DNA from: Flavobacteriia bacterium
GTDB taxonomy: Bacteria; Bacteroidota; Bacteroidia; Flavobacteriales_D; Crocinitomicaceae
Reading direction: 5' to 3'
NCBI GenBank assembly: GCA_016183815.1
Contig: JACPDW010000001.1
Span: 28,551 to 92,550, forward strand
Length of the DNA stretch: 64,000 bases
In this document: positions 46,934 to 55,433 of the stretch, piece by piece
Layout of the letters: every line of letters starts with the position of its first letter
Numbering within the stretch: the first letter of the stretch is position 1
Made by a program: the position numbers and the translations under genes
Notes under the pieces: generated by a model
What the model was told of the DNA's origin: nothing
What the model saw: only the letters and a program-made list of their open reading frames with translations
The model's database searches: none

Positions 46934-47602
46934 TTATTTTTCTTCTTCAAAAGGGATGTATCCACCTAATGTTCCTTTTATTCTTTGAAAAAAAGTTTGA
47001 CGCTCTGTTAGTGGAATAAAATCAGGTACATAAGCGTTTTTTATATCAAGTTTTGGAATTGGGAGTTTATTAAAAGATTGAATAGAATCTTCTAAATAGG
47101 GTAGATGAATAATTTTACTTTTAAATCTTTTTTTAGTGTATCTTGCAAGCATTTTAGATTGAAAAGGATCTGTAGCGAAAGCAACTGTTTTCCAATTGTG
47201 TTTTTTTGCTATCTGATAGGAATAAAAAATGTTTTCTGTACTATGTTCGGCTTTTTCTTCGGTAAAAATTACCTCATTTGGAACACCTAATTGAACAGCG
47301 TAATTTTTCATGATTCTGGCTTCTATATATGGAGTATAAACCGCTGCTCCAGAAAAAATAATATTTTTGCATATTCCATCTTGAAATAATTTTACCGCCC
47401 AAAAAATTCTTTTCTTTATTTTTTCATCACATTCTTTACCATCAAAAGGCATTCCAGGTACAATAATTACATCAATTGGAGCTTTTTTTAATCCATATTT
47501 TACCACTTTTTTTGCAGAAGGATAAAAAACAACACAAGAGGTGAAGTTTAAAAAAACAACTAAGAATAAATAAAAAATTCTTTTTTTAAATTTGGAAATC
47601 AT
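46934..47602 (-). CDS. DUF218/YdcF-family (ElyC/SanA-like) envelope protein
   Basis: Contains a DUF218-like core (VIIVPGMPFDG...IIFSGAAVYTPY...EEKAEHSTENI). I place the start at ATG 47602 (MISKFKKRIFYLFLVVFLNFTSC, signal/lipobox-like) rather than the track's 47695. Confidence 0.65.
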   Translation of the reverse strand: MISKFKKRIFYLFLVVFLNFTSCVVFYPSAKKVVKYGLKKAPIDVIIVPGMPFDGKECDEKIKKRIFWAVKLFQDGICKNIIFSGAAVYTPYIEARIMKNYAVQLGVPNEVIFTEEKAEHSTENIFYSYQIAKKHNWKTVAFATDPFQSKMLARYTKKRFKSKIIHLPYLEDSIQSFNKLPIPKLDIKNAYVPDFIPLTERQTFFQRIKGTLGGYIPFEEEK

Positions 47603-47779
47603 CAAACAAAAGTAGAAAATTTTAATAGAATCGAATTTTGTTCTACTTCCATATTTATTAATAAGACAAAGAAGTAATTTTTTATTTATAATCATTTTAA
47701 ATTATAAAAAATATTCTTTTTTTAAATGATGTAGGAAAAATATTTGTTGTAATTTTATGCTCAATTTTTTAGTTGAACT

Positions 47780-48151
47780 ATGACTAATTCAAGCTATTCG
47801 GATTATTTTCCGATTTTAATACAAGCAGGAGTTGCATTGGGCTTCGTTCTTGCTGTGTTGTGGGTCACACATTTTTTAGGACCTCGACTCAAATCTAAAG
47901 TCAAAAATTCCAACTGGGAGTGTGGGATTGAATCTGATGGAAATGCACGTTTCCCTGTTTCTATCCGATACTTTATGGCTGCGATATTATTCGTTCTGTT
48001 TGATGTAGAAGTAATTTTTTTCTACCCTTATGCAGTTAATTTTAAAGAGTTAGAATTGGAAGGTCTTTATGCTGTTATTTTATTTGTGGCCTTTTTCTTA
48101 ACTGGCTTTTTTTACGTTCTTAAAAAAGGAGCATTAGAATGGGAAAAATAG
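47780..48151 (+). CDS. nuoA: NADH-quinone oxidoreductase subunit A
   Basis: 123 aa with 3 TM helices. The YECG-like WECGIE block and FDVEVIFFYPYA are present. It is the first gene of the nuo cluster. Confidence 0.9.
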   Translation: MTNSSYSDYFPILIQAGVALGFVLAVLWVTHFLGPRLKSKVKNSNWECGIESDGNARFPVSIRYFMAAILFVLFDVEVIFFYPYAVNFKELELEGLYAVILFVAFFLTGFFYVLKKGALEWEK

Positions 48152-48684
48152 AAAATTTACAAGTTATAAACGGGGAGGGTTATCAATTAACTACCCTAGA
48201 AAAAGTATTAGGAATTGCTCGTTCAAATTCAGTTTGGCCTCTTCCTTTTGCAACTTCTTGTTGTGGTATTGAGTTTATGGCAACGATGGGAAGTAACTAC
48301 GATTTGGCTCGTTTTGGAATGGAAAGAATGTCTTTTTCTCCTCGTCAAGCTGATTTATTGATTGTAGCTGGAACTATTTCTAAAAAATTAGGTCCTGTTC
48401 TCAAAAAGGTTTACGAACAAATGGCTGAGCCCAAGTGGGTATTGTCTGTTGGTGCTTGTGCTTCTTCTGGAGGTATTTTTGATACGTATTCCGTTTTACA
48501 AGGAATAGACAGAGTAATTCCTGTTGATGTCTATGTGCCTGGTTGTCCTCCTAGACCTGAACAAATCATAGACGGCGTTATGAGAATACATGATTTAGTA
48601 AAAAATGAACCTCTAAGGAGAAGATACTCTGACGAATACCGCCATTTATTATCTGGATATAACATTGAGTCAAATGAGAAGTAA
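48139..48684 (+). CDS. nuoB: NADH-quinone oxidoreductase subunit B
   Basis: 181 aa. N2 cluster ligands are present: SCCGIEFMA, GACASSGG and VPGCPPRPE. Confidence 0.95.
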   Translation: MGKIENLQVINGEGYQLTTLEKVLGIARSNSVWPLPFATSCCGIEFMATMGSNYDLARFGMERMSFSPRQADLLIVAGTISKKLGPVLKKVYEQMAEPKWVLSVGACASSGGIFDTYSVLQGIDRVIPVDVYVPGCPPRPEQIIDGVMRIHDLVKNEPLRRRYSDEYRHLLSGYNIESNEK

Positions 48685-49183
48685 ATTACAAAACGAAGAA
48701 GTTTTGGCTCATATTCGCCAAAATTTTAAAGAAGATATATTATTTGATGAACAACCTTTTGGCTTGTTGACTATAGAAGTCAATCATGAAAAAATAAATG
48801 AAATTATTCATTGGTTAAAAGACCATACCTTGTTTCAATTTTCTTTTTTAACTCTTTTAGGTGCCATTCATTACCCTAATAACAAAGGTAAAGAATTGGG
48901 GGTAAACTATCATCTACATTCATTAATTAATAATTGTAGAATTAGAATTCGAACTTATTTTTCAATAGAAAAGCCAGAAATTCAAACAATTACAGATATT
49001 TTTCCTTGTGCAAATTGGTTAGAAAGAGAAACGTATGATTTTTATGGAATAAAATTTTTAGGTCATCCAAATTTAACACGAATTTTAAATGATGAGTCGA
49101 TGGATTATTTTCCGATGCGAAAAGAATACCACTTGGAAGATGCCACACGTGAAGATAAAGACGATAGATTTTTTGGGAGATAA
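48665..49183 (+). CDS. nuoC: NADH-quinone oxidoreductase subunit C
   Basis: 172 aa. Contains the WLERETYDFYGIKFLGHPNLTRIL signature. The start is TTG 48665 or ATG 48674. Confidence 0.9.
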   Translation: MSQMRSKLQNEEVLAHIRQNFKEDILFDEQPFGLLTIEVNHEKINEIIHWLKDHTLFQFSFLTLLGAIHYPNNKGKELGVNYHLHSLINNCRIRIRTYFSIEKPEIQTITDIFPCANWLERETYDFYGIKFLGHPNLTRILNDESMDYFPMRKEYHLEDATREDKDDRFFGR

Positions 49184-49192
49184 ACTAGTATT

Positions 49193-50419
49193 ATGAATGA
49201 ATTAAAACAACAAAAAATAAGCTTAAATCCTGAACTCTCTAAAGAAACCATTGATGGGGAGATAGCTACTTTAAATCTAGGACCAACACACCCTGCGACA
49301 CACGGTATTTTTCAAAATATTTTAAGAGTTGATGGTGAAAAAATTCTTTCCTCTGTACAAACGGTAGGATACATTCACCGTGCTTTTGAAAAATTAGCTG
49401 AACGAAGATCGTATAATCAAATAACGACAATTACGGACCGTTTAAACTATTGTTCTTCTCCAATTAATAATATGGGTTGGGAAATGACAGTTGAAAAACT
49501 AATAGCTGCAGACATTCCAAAAAAAGTTGATTATATGCGCGTAATCATCATGGAATTAGCTCGTATTGCTGACCATTTGATCTGTAATTCTGTTATTGGA
49601 GTAGATACGGGTGCGTTAACAGGTTTTACTTATGTTTTTCAAGAAAGAGAAAAAATATACGAATTATTTGAAGAGGTTTGTGGTGCTCGTTTAACAACTA
49701 ATATTGGTAGAATTGGAGGTTTTGAAAGAGATTTTTCACCTACTTTTCACCAAAAATTAAAGTCTTTTTTGAAAACTTTTCCTAAAGTCTTTAATGAATT
49801 TGATTCTTTATTGTCCAGAAATAGAATTTTTATGGACAGAACCAAAAATACTGGACCAATATCTGTAGAAAGGGCTTTAGATTTTGGGTTTACTGGACCA
49901 AATTTAAGAGCAGCAGGTTTGGATTATGATGTAAGAAATATGAATCCATATTCTTCATATCAAGATTTTGATTTTATAATACCAGTTGGTGTTCAAGGAG
50001 ACACTTATGACCGTTTTATGGTTCGTCAAGAAGAAATTAGACAAAGCTTAAAAATAATAGAACAGGCCTATTCAAATATTCCAGAAGGAAATTATCATGC
50101 AGATATTCCGGATTTTTATCTTCCAAACAAAGAAATGGTTTACAATAACATGGAAGCTTTGATTTATCATTTTAAAATTGTGATGGGCGAAACACCAGTT
50201 CCAGTTGGAGAGGTTTATCATTCTGTTGAAGGTGGAAACGGAGAACTTGGATTTCATTTAATAAGTGACGGGGGCAGAACACCTTATCGTTTACAATTTA
50301 GAAGACCTTGTTTTATCTATTATCAAGCTTATCCAGAAATGATTACAGGTCAAAGTATTAGTGATGCCGTTCTAACATTAAGTAGTTTGAACGTTATTGC
50401 TGGAGAATTGGATGCTTAA
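49193..50419 (+). CDS. nuoD: NADH-quinone oxidoreductase subunit D
   Basis: 408 aa. Contains LNLGPTHPATHG, IGYIHRAFEK and the C-terminal LNVIAGELD blocks. Confidence 0.95.
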   Translation: MNELKQQKISLNPELSKETIDGEIATLNLGPTHPATHGIFQNILRVDGEKILSSVQTVGYIHRAFEKLAERRSYNQITTITDRLNYCSSPINNMGWEMTVEKLIAADIPKKVDYMRVIIMELARIADHLICNSVIGVDTGALTGFTYVFQEREKIYELFEEVCGARLTTNIGRIGGFERDFSPTFHQKLKSFLKTFPKVFNEFDSLLSRNRIFMDRTKNTGPISVERALDFGFTGPNLRAAGLDYDVRNMNPYSSYQDFDFIIPVGVQGDTYDRFMVRQEEIRQSLKIIEQAYSNIPEGNYHADIPDFYLPNKEMVYNNMEALIYHFKIVMGETPVPVGEVYHSVEGGNGELGFHLISDGGRTPYRLQFRRPCFIYYQAYPEMITGQSISDAVLTLSSLNVIAGELDA

Positions 50420-50422
50420 ATT

Positions 50423-50442
50423 AAGTTAAAAGGAAAAAATTA
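50423..50442. repeat. Left arm of an imperfect inverted repeat flanking the four-helix-bundle ORF
   Basis: AAGTTAAAAGGAAAAAATTA is complementary to 50822-50842 (10 bp + 9 bp with a 1x2 internal loop). It is AU-only apart from two G-C pairs. Confidence 0.4.
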
Positions 50443-50467
50443 AAATTTAAAAAAAGAGAAAAATTAA

Positions 50468-50824
50468 TTGAAGTATTCAAGCGACATAAAAGAAAGAACT
50501 TTAGATTTTGGAGTTTCGATAATTAAGTTAACTAACATTTTTAAAGGTTTAAAAATAGATAAAGATGTTATTGATCAAGTAAGACGAAGTGGAACTTCAG
50601 TTGGTGCTAATATCAATGAAGGAAAATCAAGTATGTCAAGAAAAGAATTAGTTAAGTTTTATAGTATTTCTCTTAAATCTGCAAATGAGACAGATTATTG
50701 GTTTAAATTAATAAAAAGGGGTTATGAATTACAAAATGAATTTTTAGAATCTCTTCATCAAGAATTAAATGAAATAGAAAAAATATTAGCAACTATTATA
50801 ATCAAATTAAAAAGCAATGATTAA
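50468..50824 (+). CDS. Four-helix-bundle protein (23S rRNA intervening-sequence protein family, Avd-like)
   Basis: 118 aa with a TTG start. QVRRSGTSVGANINEGKSSMSRKELVKFYSISLKSANETDYWFKLI matches the family pattern (QLxRSxTSIGANIxE...S.kdF..k..I..kEa.ET.yWl.L) as I remember it. Confidence 0.75.
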   Translation: MKYSSDIKERTLDFGVSIIKLTNIFKGLKIDKDVIDQVRRSGTSVGANINEGKSSMSRKELVKFYSISLKSANETDYWFKLIKRGYELQNEFLESLHQELNEIEKILATIIIKLKSND

Positions 50825-50842
50825 TTTTTTAACTTTTAACTT
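50822..50842. repeat. Right arm of an imperfect inverted repeat flanking the four-helix-bundle ORF
   Basis: TAATTTTTTAACTTTTAACTT overlaps the ORF stop codon. The TTAACTT unit recurs at 50851-50856. Confidence 0.4.
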
Positions 50843-50863
50843 TTTAATTTTAACTTATATAAA

Positions 50864-51406
50864 ATGAGTTCACACAAACACACACCAATTAGTGCAAGAC
50901 ATACAGAGAAACCAAGTTTCAACGCCGAACAAATGGCAGAGGTTCAACGTGTGATTGCACAATATCCTGAGGGGAAGTCAAAAAGTGCCTTAATCAGAAT
51001 TTTGCACATGGCTGAAGAAGCATTTGGAGGATGGTTAAGCATAGAAACTATGGATTATGTGGCTGAAATTTTAAAAATTCAACCAATAGAAGTGTATGAA
51101 GTGGCTACTTTTTATACAATGTTTAACATTGAACCAGTAGGAAAATATGTTTTTGAAGTTTGTCACACAGGCCCTTGTATGTTAGTGGGAAGTGATAATA
51201 TCATCACTTATATTGAAAATAAATTGGGAATTAAAGTGGGTGAAACAACAAAAGATGGCCTATTTACTTTAAAAACAGCGGAATGTTTAGGTGCTTGTGG
51301 ATATGCTCCGATGTTACAATGTGGTAAAATATTCCATGAACATTTGACACCAGAAAAAGTAGATCAGATTATTGAAGCTTATCGTTCAGGTAATACTAAT
51401 TTTTAG
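50864..51406 (+). CDS. nuoE: NADH-quinone oxidoreductase subunit E
   Basis: 180 aa. 2Fe-2S ligands are present: VCHTGPCMLVG and CLGACGYAPM. Confidence 0.9.
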   Translation: MSSHKHTPISARHTEKPSFNAEQMAEVQRVIAQYPEGKSKSALIRILHMAEEAFGGWLSIETMDYVAEILKIQPIEVYEVATFYTMFNIEPVGKYVFEVCHTGPCMLVGSDNIITYIENKLGIKVGETTKDGLFTLKTAECLGACGYAPMLQCGKIFHEHLTPEKVDQIIEAYRSGNTNF

Positions 51407-51411
51407 AATTA

Positions 51412-52755
51412 ATGGGAAGAAGAATTTTATTAGAACATGATAACGTTTCTGGGATTGAAACTTACGAGGTTTACAGAAAACAGGGTGGTTATCGTTCCGT
51501 AGAAAAAGCAATTAAAAAAATGTCACCTGAACAGGTTGTTGAAGAAGTTCAAAAATCTGGTTTAAGAGGTCGTGGTGGAGCGGGATTTCCAACGGGCATG
51601 AAATGGTCTTTCATCGCAAAACCTGAGGGCGTACCAAGATATTTACTTTGTAATGCTGATGAATCAGAGCCAGGCACATTTAAAGACCGCTATTTAATGG
51701 AAAAAATTCCTCATTTATTGATAGAAGGAATGATTGTCTCAAGTTATGCCTTGGGTTGTAATCAATCCTATATTTATATCAGAGGTGAATATATGTGGAT
51801 TTTAGATATTTTAGAAAAAGCCATCGCAGAAGCGTATGCAAATGGTTGGTTAGGAAAAAATATTTTAGGATCTGGTTTCAATTTAGATTTGAGTGTCGCT
51901 CCTGGTGGGGGTGCTTATATCTGTGGTGAAGAAACAGCTTTAATTGAATCTTTAGAAGGAAAAAGAGGAAACCCAAGAATTAAACCACCTTTTCCAGCTG
52001 TAAAAGGGTTGTGGGGCTGTCCTACAGTTGTAAATAATGTGGAAAGTATTGCTGCTGTTGTTCCAATTGTGAACGATGGTGGTGAGGAATACGCTAAAAT
52101 AGGTCTTGGAAAAAGCACAGGTACAAAATTAATTTCTGCAAGTGGTAATTTGGTTCGTCCTGGCGTATATGAAATAGAAATGGGGATTACTGTGGAAGAA
52201 TTCATTTACGGCGACGAATGGTGTAGAGGAATTGCCAATGGAAAAAAACTAAAAGCCTGTGTCCCAGGTGGTTCGTCTGTTCCGATTTTACCACATTATT
52301 TAGTGTGCAAAACAGCTACAGGTGAAGATCGTTTAATGACATACGAAAGTTTGGCAGATGGTGGTTTTGCATCTGGATCCATGTTAGGTTCTGGAGGTTT
52401 CATCGTTTTTGATGAAGACCAATGTGTGGTTAGAAATACTTGGAATTTTGCTCGTTTTTACGCTCATGAATCCTGCGGACAATGTTCACCATGTCGTGAA
52501 GGAACTGGTTGGATGGAAAAAGTTTTAAATCGTTTAGAGCATGGACAAGGTAATATGCGGGACATCGATCTGTTGGCTGAAATAAACAAAAAAATAGAAG
52601 GTAACACCATTTGTCCGTTAGGTGATGCAGCCGCTTGGCCAGTTGCCGCAGCCATTCGTCATTTTAGAGAAGAATTTGAGTGGCATGTAAACGATCGTGA
52701 AACTTCACAGAAAAGAAATTACGGATTGGTAAAAGAACCTAGTCCGATTAAATAA
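51412..52755 (+). CDS. nuoF: NADH-quinone oxidoreductase subunit F
   Basis: 447 aa. FMN/NADH site GLRGRGGAGFPTG and GGGAYICGEETAL. N3 cluster ESCGQCSPCREG...CPLGDAA. Confidence 0.95.
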   Translation: MGRRILLEHDNVSGIETYEVYRKQGGYRSVEKAIKKMSPEQVVEEVQKSGLRGRGGAGFPTGMKWSFIAKPEGVPRYLLCNADESEPGTFKDRYLMEKIPHLLIEGMIVSSYALGCNQSYIYIRGEYMWILDILEKAIAEAYANGWLGKNILGSGFNLDLSVAPGGGAYICGEETALIESLEGKRGNPRIKPPFPAVKGLWGCPTVVNNVESIAAVVPIVNDGGEEYAKIGLGKSTGTKLISASGNLVRPGVYEIEMGITVEEFIYGDEWCRGIANGKKLKACVPGGSSVPILPHYLVCKTATGEDRLMTYESLADGGFASGSMLGSGGFIVFDEDQCVVRNTWNFARFYAHESCGQCSPCREGTGWMEKVLNRLEHGQGNMRDIDLLAEINKKIEGNTICPLGDAAAWPVAAAIRHFREEFEWHVNDRETSQKRNYGLVKEPSPIK

Positions 52756-52828
52756 AAATTGAAAATTTAATCTGCGAAAATCTGCGAGTAAAATTTGAGA
52801 TTATATGCGGAAAACAAAATAATAAAAT

Positions 52829-53791
52829 ATGGTAAAAGTAACCATTGACGATAAAACAATAGAAGTAGAAGCAGGAACAACTATCCTGAATGCTGCTCGA
52901 CAAATTGGTGGAGAGGTAGTTCCTCCAGCTATGTGTTATTACAGTAAATTAACTGGTTCAGGTGGTAAATGTAGAACTTGTCTTGTAGAAGTTTCACAAG
53001 GTTCTGAAAAAGATCCTCGTCCAATGCCTAAATTAGTAGCTTCTTGTTCCACTCAAGTAATGGATGGAATGGTTGTCAAAAATAAAACCAGCCAAAGGGT
53101 AAAAGAAAATAGAGATGGGGTAGTGGAATTTTTACTAATTAATCACCCATTAGACTGTCCTATTTGCGACCAAGCAGGTGAATGTCATTTACAAGATTTA
53201 AGTTTTGAAAATGGCAGTCAAAAAACAAGATTTGAAGAAGAAAAAAGAACTTATGAACCGATTGATATTGGTGATAAGATTAAACTTCACATGAATCGTT
53301 GTATTTTATGTTATCGTTGCGTTCATGTAGCAAATCAATTGACAAATCAAAGAGTTCATGGAATATTACATAGAGGTGAGCATGCTGAAATAAGTACTTA
53401 CATTGAAAAAGCTGTGGACAATGATTTTTCTGGAAACATGATTGATGTCTGTCCTGTTGGAGCATTAACCGATAAAACATTCCGATTCAAATCGAGAGTT
53501 TGGTTTTTAAAACCTATGGATGCCTCTTGCGAATGTTCAAAATGTTCGGGTAAAGCTGTTGTTTGGATGTTTGGCAATGAAATTTATCGTGTTACAGCTC
53601 GTAAAGACCAATACGGTGAGGTGGAAGATATTGATGGCAAAACAGCTTGGATTTGTAATGAATGTAGATATGACAAAAAAGACCTGAAAAACTGGACAAT
53701 AGAAGGGCCGAGAAAAATTAATCGTCATTCGGTTATCTCTACAAATCACTATACGGAAGGAAAAGTTGAACCAAAAAAATTAAATTCATAA
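52829..53791 (+). CDS. nuoG: NADH-quinone oxidoreductase subunit G (short form, Fe-S domain only)
   Basis: 320 aa. 2Fe-2S (CYY...CRTCLVE...C), His-ligated 4Fe-4S (HPLDCPICDQAGEC) and 4Fe-4S (CILCYRCVHV...CPVGAL). It has no molybdopterin-like C-terminal domain. nuoH starts 3 nt later, so this is not a truncation artefact. Confidence 0.85.
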   Translation: MVKVTIDDKTIEVEAGTTILNAARQIGGEVVPPAMCYYSKLTGSGGKCRTCLVEVSQGSEKDPRPMPKLVASCSTQVMDGMVVKNKTSQRVKENRDGVVEFLLINHPLDCPICDQAGECHLQDLSFENGSQKTRFEEEKRTYEPIDIGDKIKLHMNRCILCYRCVHVANQLTNQRVHGILHRGEHAEISTYIEKAVDNDFSGNMIDVCPVGALTDKTFRFKSRVWFLKPMDASCECSKCSGKAVVWMFGNEIYRVTARKDQYGEVEDIDGKTAWICNECRYDKKDLKNWTIEGPRKINRHSVISTNHYTEGKVEPKKLNS

Positions 53792-53794
53792 AAT

Positions 53795-54817
53795 ATGATA
53801 TTAGAAAAATTAATATTGGCAACCATAATATTTGGAATTTCTCTATTTATCGCAATGTATGCAACCTATTTAGAAAGAAAAGTAGCAGCATGGCTTCAGG
53901 ATAGAGTCGGACCAGATAGAGCAGGGCCATACGGACTTCTACAACCATTGGCAGATGGAGCAAAAATGTTTTTAAAGGAAGATTTTATTCCAACAAATGC
54001 GGATAAGTGGCTTTTCATTATGGGACCTGGAATTGCAATGTTTACAGCATTAATGACAAGTGCGATTATTCCATGGGGTACTGATTTGGTATTGTTTGGT
54101 CGGACAATTGCCCTTCAAGTAGCTGATTTTAATATTGGTATATTATATATTATGGGTGTTTTATCCATTGGAGTATATGGGATTATGATTGGTGGTTGGG
54201 CTTCAAACAATAAATATTCGCTTTTTGGAGCTATTAGAGCTTCTTCTCAAATGATTTCTTATGAATTGGCAATGGGAATAACGGTTATAACGATTGTAAT
54301 GATGACGGGAAGTTTAAGTTTAAGAGACATAACCAATGCACAACATGGAATGAATTGGAATGTGTTTTATCAACCATTAGCATTTATCGTTTTTTTAATT
54401 TGTTCTTTAGCTGAATTAAACAGAGCTCCTTTTGATATGGCTGAATGTGAAAGTGAATTAATTGGTGGTTATCATACAGAATATGGATCAATGAAGTTAG
54501 GGTTTTATTTATTTGCAGAATATATAAGCATGTTTATTTCTTCTGCAATTATCTCAATATTATTTTTTGGAGGTTATAATTTCCCTGGAATGGATGCATT
54601 TTCAGGTAATGTTTTGGCAATACTAGGTGTTGCCGCATTATTTATGAAAATCGTCTTTTTTATTTTTGTCATTATGTGGATACGTTGGACTTTACCACGT
54701 TTTCGATACGATCAGTTAATGCATTTAGGTTGGAAAAGTTTAATTCCAATATCACTTATAAATATGCTTATAACAGGTTTAGTAATAGCTTTTAAAAACG
54801 GTTGGTTTAATTCATAA
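53795..54817 (+). CDS. nuoH: NADH-quinone oxidoreductase subunit H
   Basis: 340 aa with about 8 TM helices. Contains the LERKVAAWLQDRVGPDRAGPYGLLQPLADG signature and AELNRAPFDMAECESEL. Confidence 0.95.
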   Translation: MILEKLILATIIFGISLFIAMYATYLERKVAAWLQDRVGPDRAGPYGLLQPLADGAKMFLKEDFIPTNADKWLFIMGPGIAMFTALMTSAIIPWGTDLVLFGRTIALQVADFNIGILYIMGVLSIGVYGIMIGGWASNNKYSLFGAIRASSQMISYELAMGITVITIVMMTGSLSLRDITNAQHGMNWNVFYQPLAFIVFLICSLAELNRAPFDMAECESELIGGYHTEYGSMKLGFYLFAEYISMFISSAIISILFFGGYNFPGMDAFSGNVLAILGVAALFMKIVFFIFVIMWIRWTLPRFRYDQLMHLGWKSLIPISLINMLITGLVIAFKNGWFNS

Positions 54818-54822
54818 TTAGT

Positions 54823-55365
54823 ATGCAAAGTTTATCAAATAAAAGTAAAGTAGTTTCCGATAAGCCAATGACTTTTATGGAACGCTTGTATCTTCCTGCA
54901 GTTTTTGGTGGAATGTGGATTACCTTTAAACATCTGTTTAAAAAACACAATACTATAAAATTTCCCGAAAAACAGAGAATATTTGCTCCTGTCTATAGAG
55001 GTCAACATGTTTTAAAAAGAGACGAAAAAGGAAGAGAAAATTGCACCGCCTGTGGTTTATGTGCTGTTGCTTGTCCTGCGGAAGCCATTACTATGACATC
55101 AGCGGAACGAAAAAAAGGAGAAGAACATTTGTATAGAGAAGAAAAATATGCTTCGATGTATGAAATCAATATGTTACGTTGTATTTTTTGTGGTTTGTGC
55201 GAAGAAGCATGTCCGAAAGAGGCGATATTCTTAACAGATAGGCTTGTTCCAACAGAATTTGAACGCAAAGATTTTATATACGGAAAAGATAAATTAGTGG
55301 AGTCGAAAGAAAATCCTATTGATATTTCACTTAGACAACATACTGGTAAAAGAACAGAGAAATGA
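54823..55365 (+). CDS. nuoI: NADH-quinone oxidoreductase subunit I
   Basis: 180 aa. Two ferredoxin motifs are present: CTACGLCAVACP and CIFCGLCEEACP. Confidence 0.95.
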   Translation: MQSLSNKSKVVSDKPMTFMERLYLPAVFGGMWITFKHLFKKHNTIKFPEKQRIFAPVYRGQHVLKRDEKGRENCTACGLCAVACPAEAITMTSAERKKGEEHLYREEKYASMYEINMLRCIFCGLCEEACPKEAIFLTDRLVPTEFERKDFIYGKDKLVESKENPIDISLRQHTGKRTEK

Positions 55366-55433
55366 AAACAGTTCATCCAATGACAATATTGTTTAATTTA
55401 TTATATTCGTATACTAATTTTAATCTAAATATT

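Noticed and set aside
50468-50824. Possibility that the four-helix-bundle gene marks a diversity-generating retroelement, as its Avd component.
   Set aside because: There is no reverse transcriptase gene, no template/variable repeat pair and no C-type-lectin-fold target gene anywhere in the 64-kb window. It is treated as an isolated family member.
52829-53791. The short (320-aa) NuoG as a truncated pseudogene.
   Set aside because: All three N-terminal Fe-S cluster motifs are intact, the ORF ends cleanly and nuoH starts 3 nt later. No remnant of a molybdopterin-like domain is visible in any frame. A short NuoG is consistent with the lineage.
55002-55376. A 124-aa antisense ORF across nuoI. 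Similar shadow ORFs occur in nuoF (51915-52205, 52464-52655), nuoG (53280-53480, 53537-53749), nuoD (50072-50257), nuoL/M (61270-61458) and nuoN (63689-63925).
   Set aside because: All are antisense to strongly supported nuo genes and have no start context or recognisable domains. They are typical shadow ORFs.
55362-55433. ATG at 55362, overlapping the nuoI stop as ATGA, as the start of the LTD/metalloprotease gene.
   Set aside because: It would put 24 residues (MKTVHPMTILFNLLYSYTNFNLNI) in front of an otherwise ideal signal peptide, so ATG 55434 is the better start. Translational coupling to nuoI cannot be excluded.
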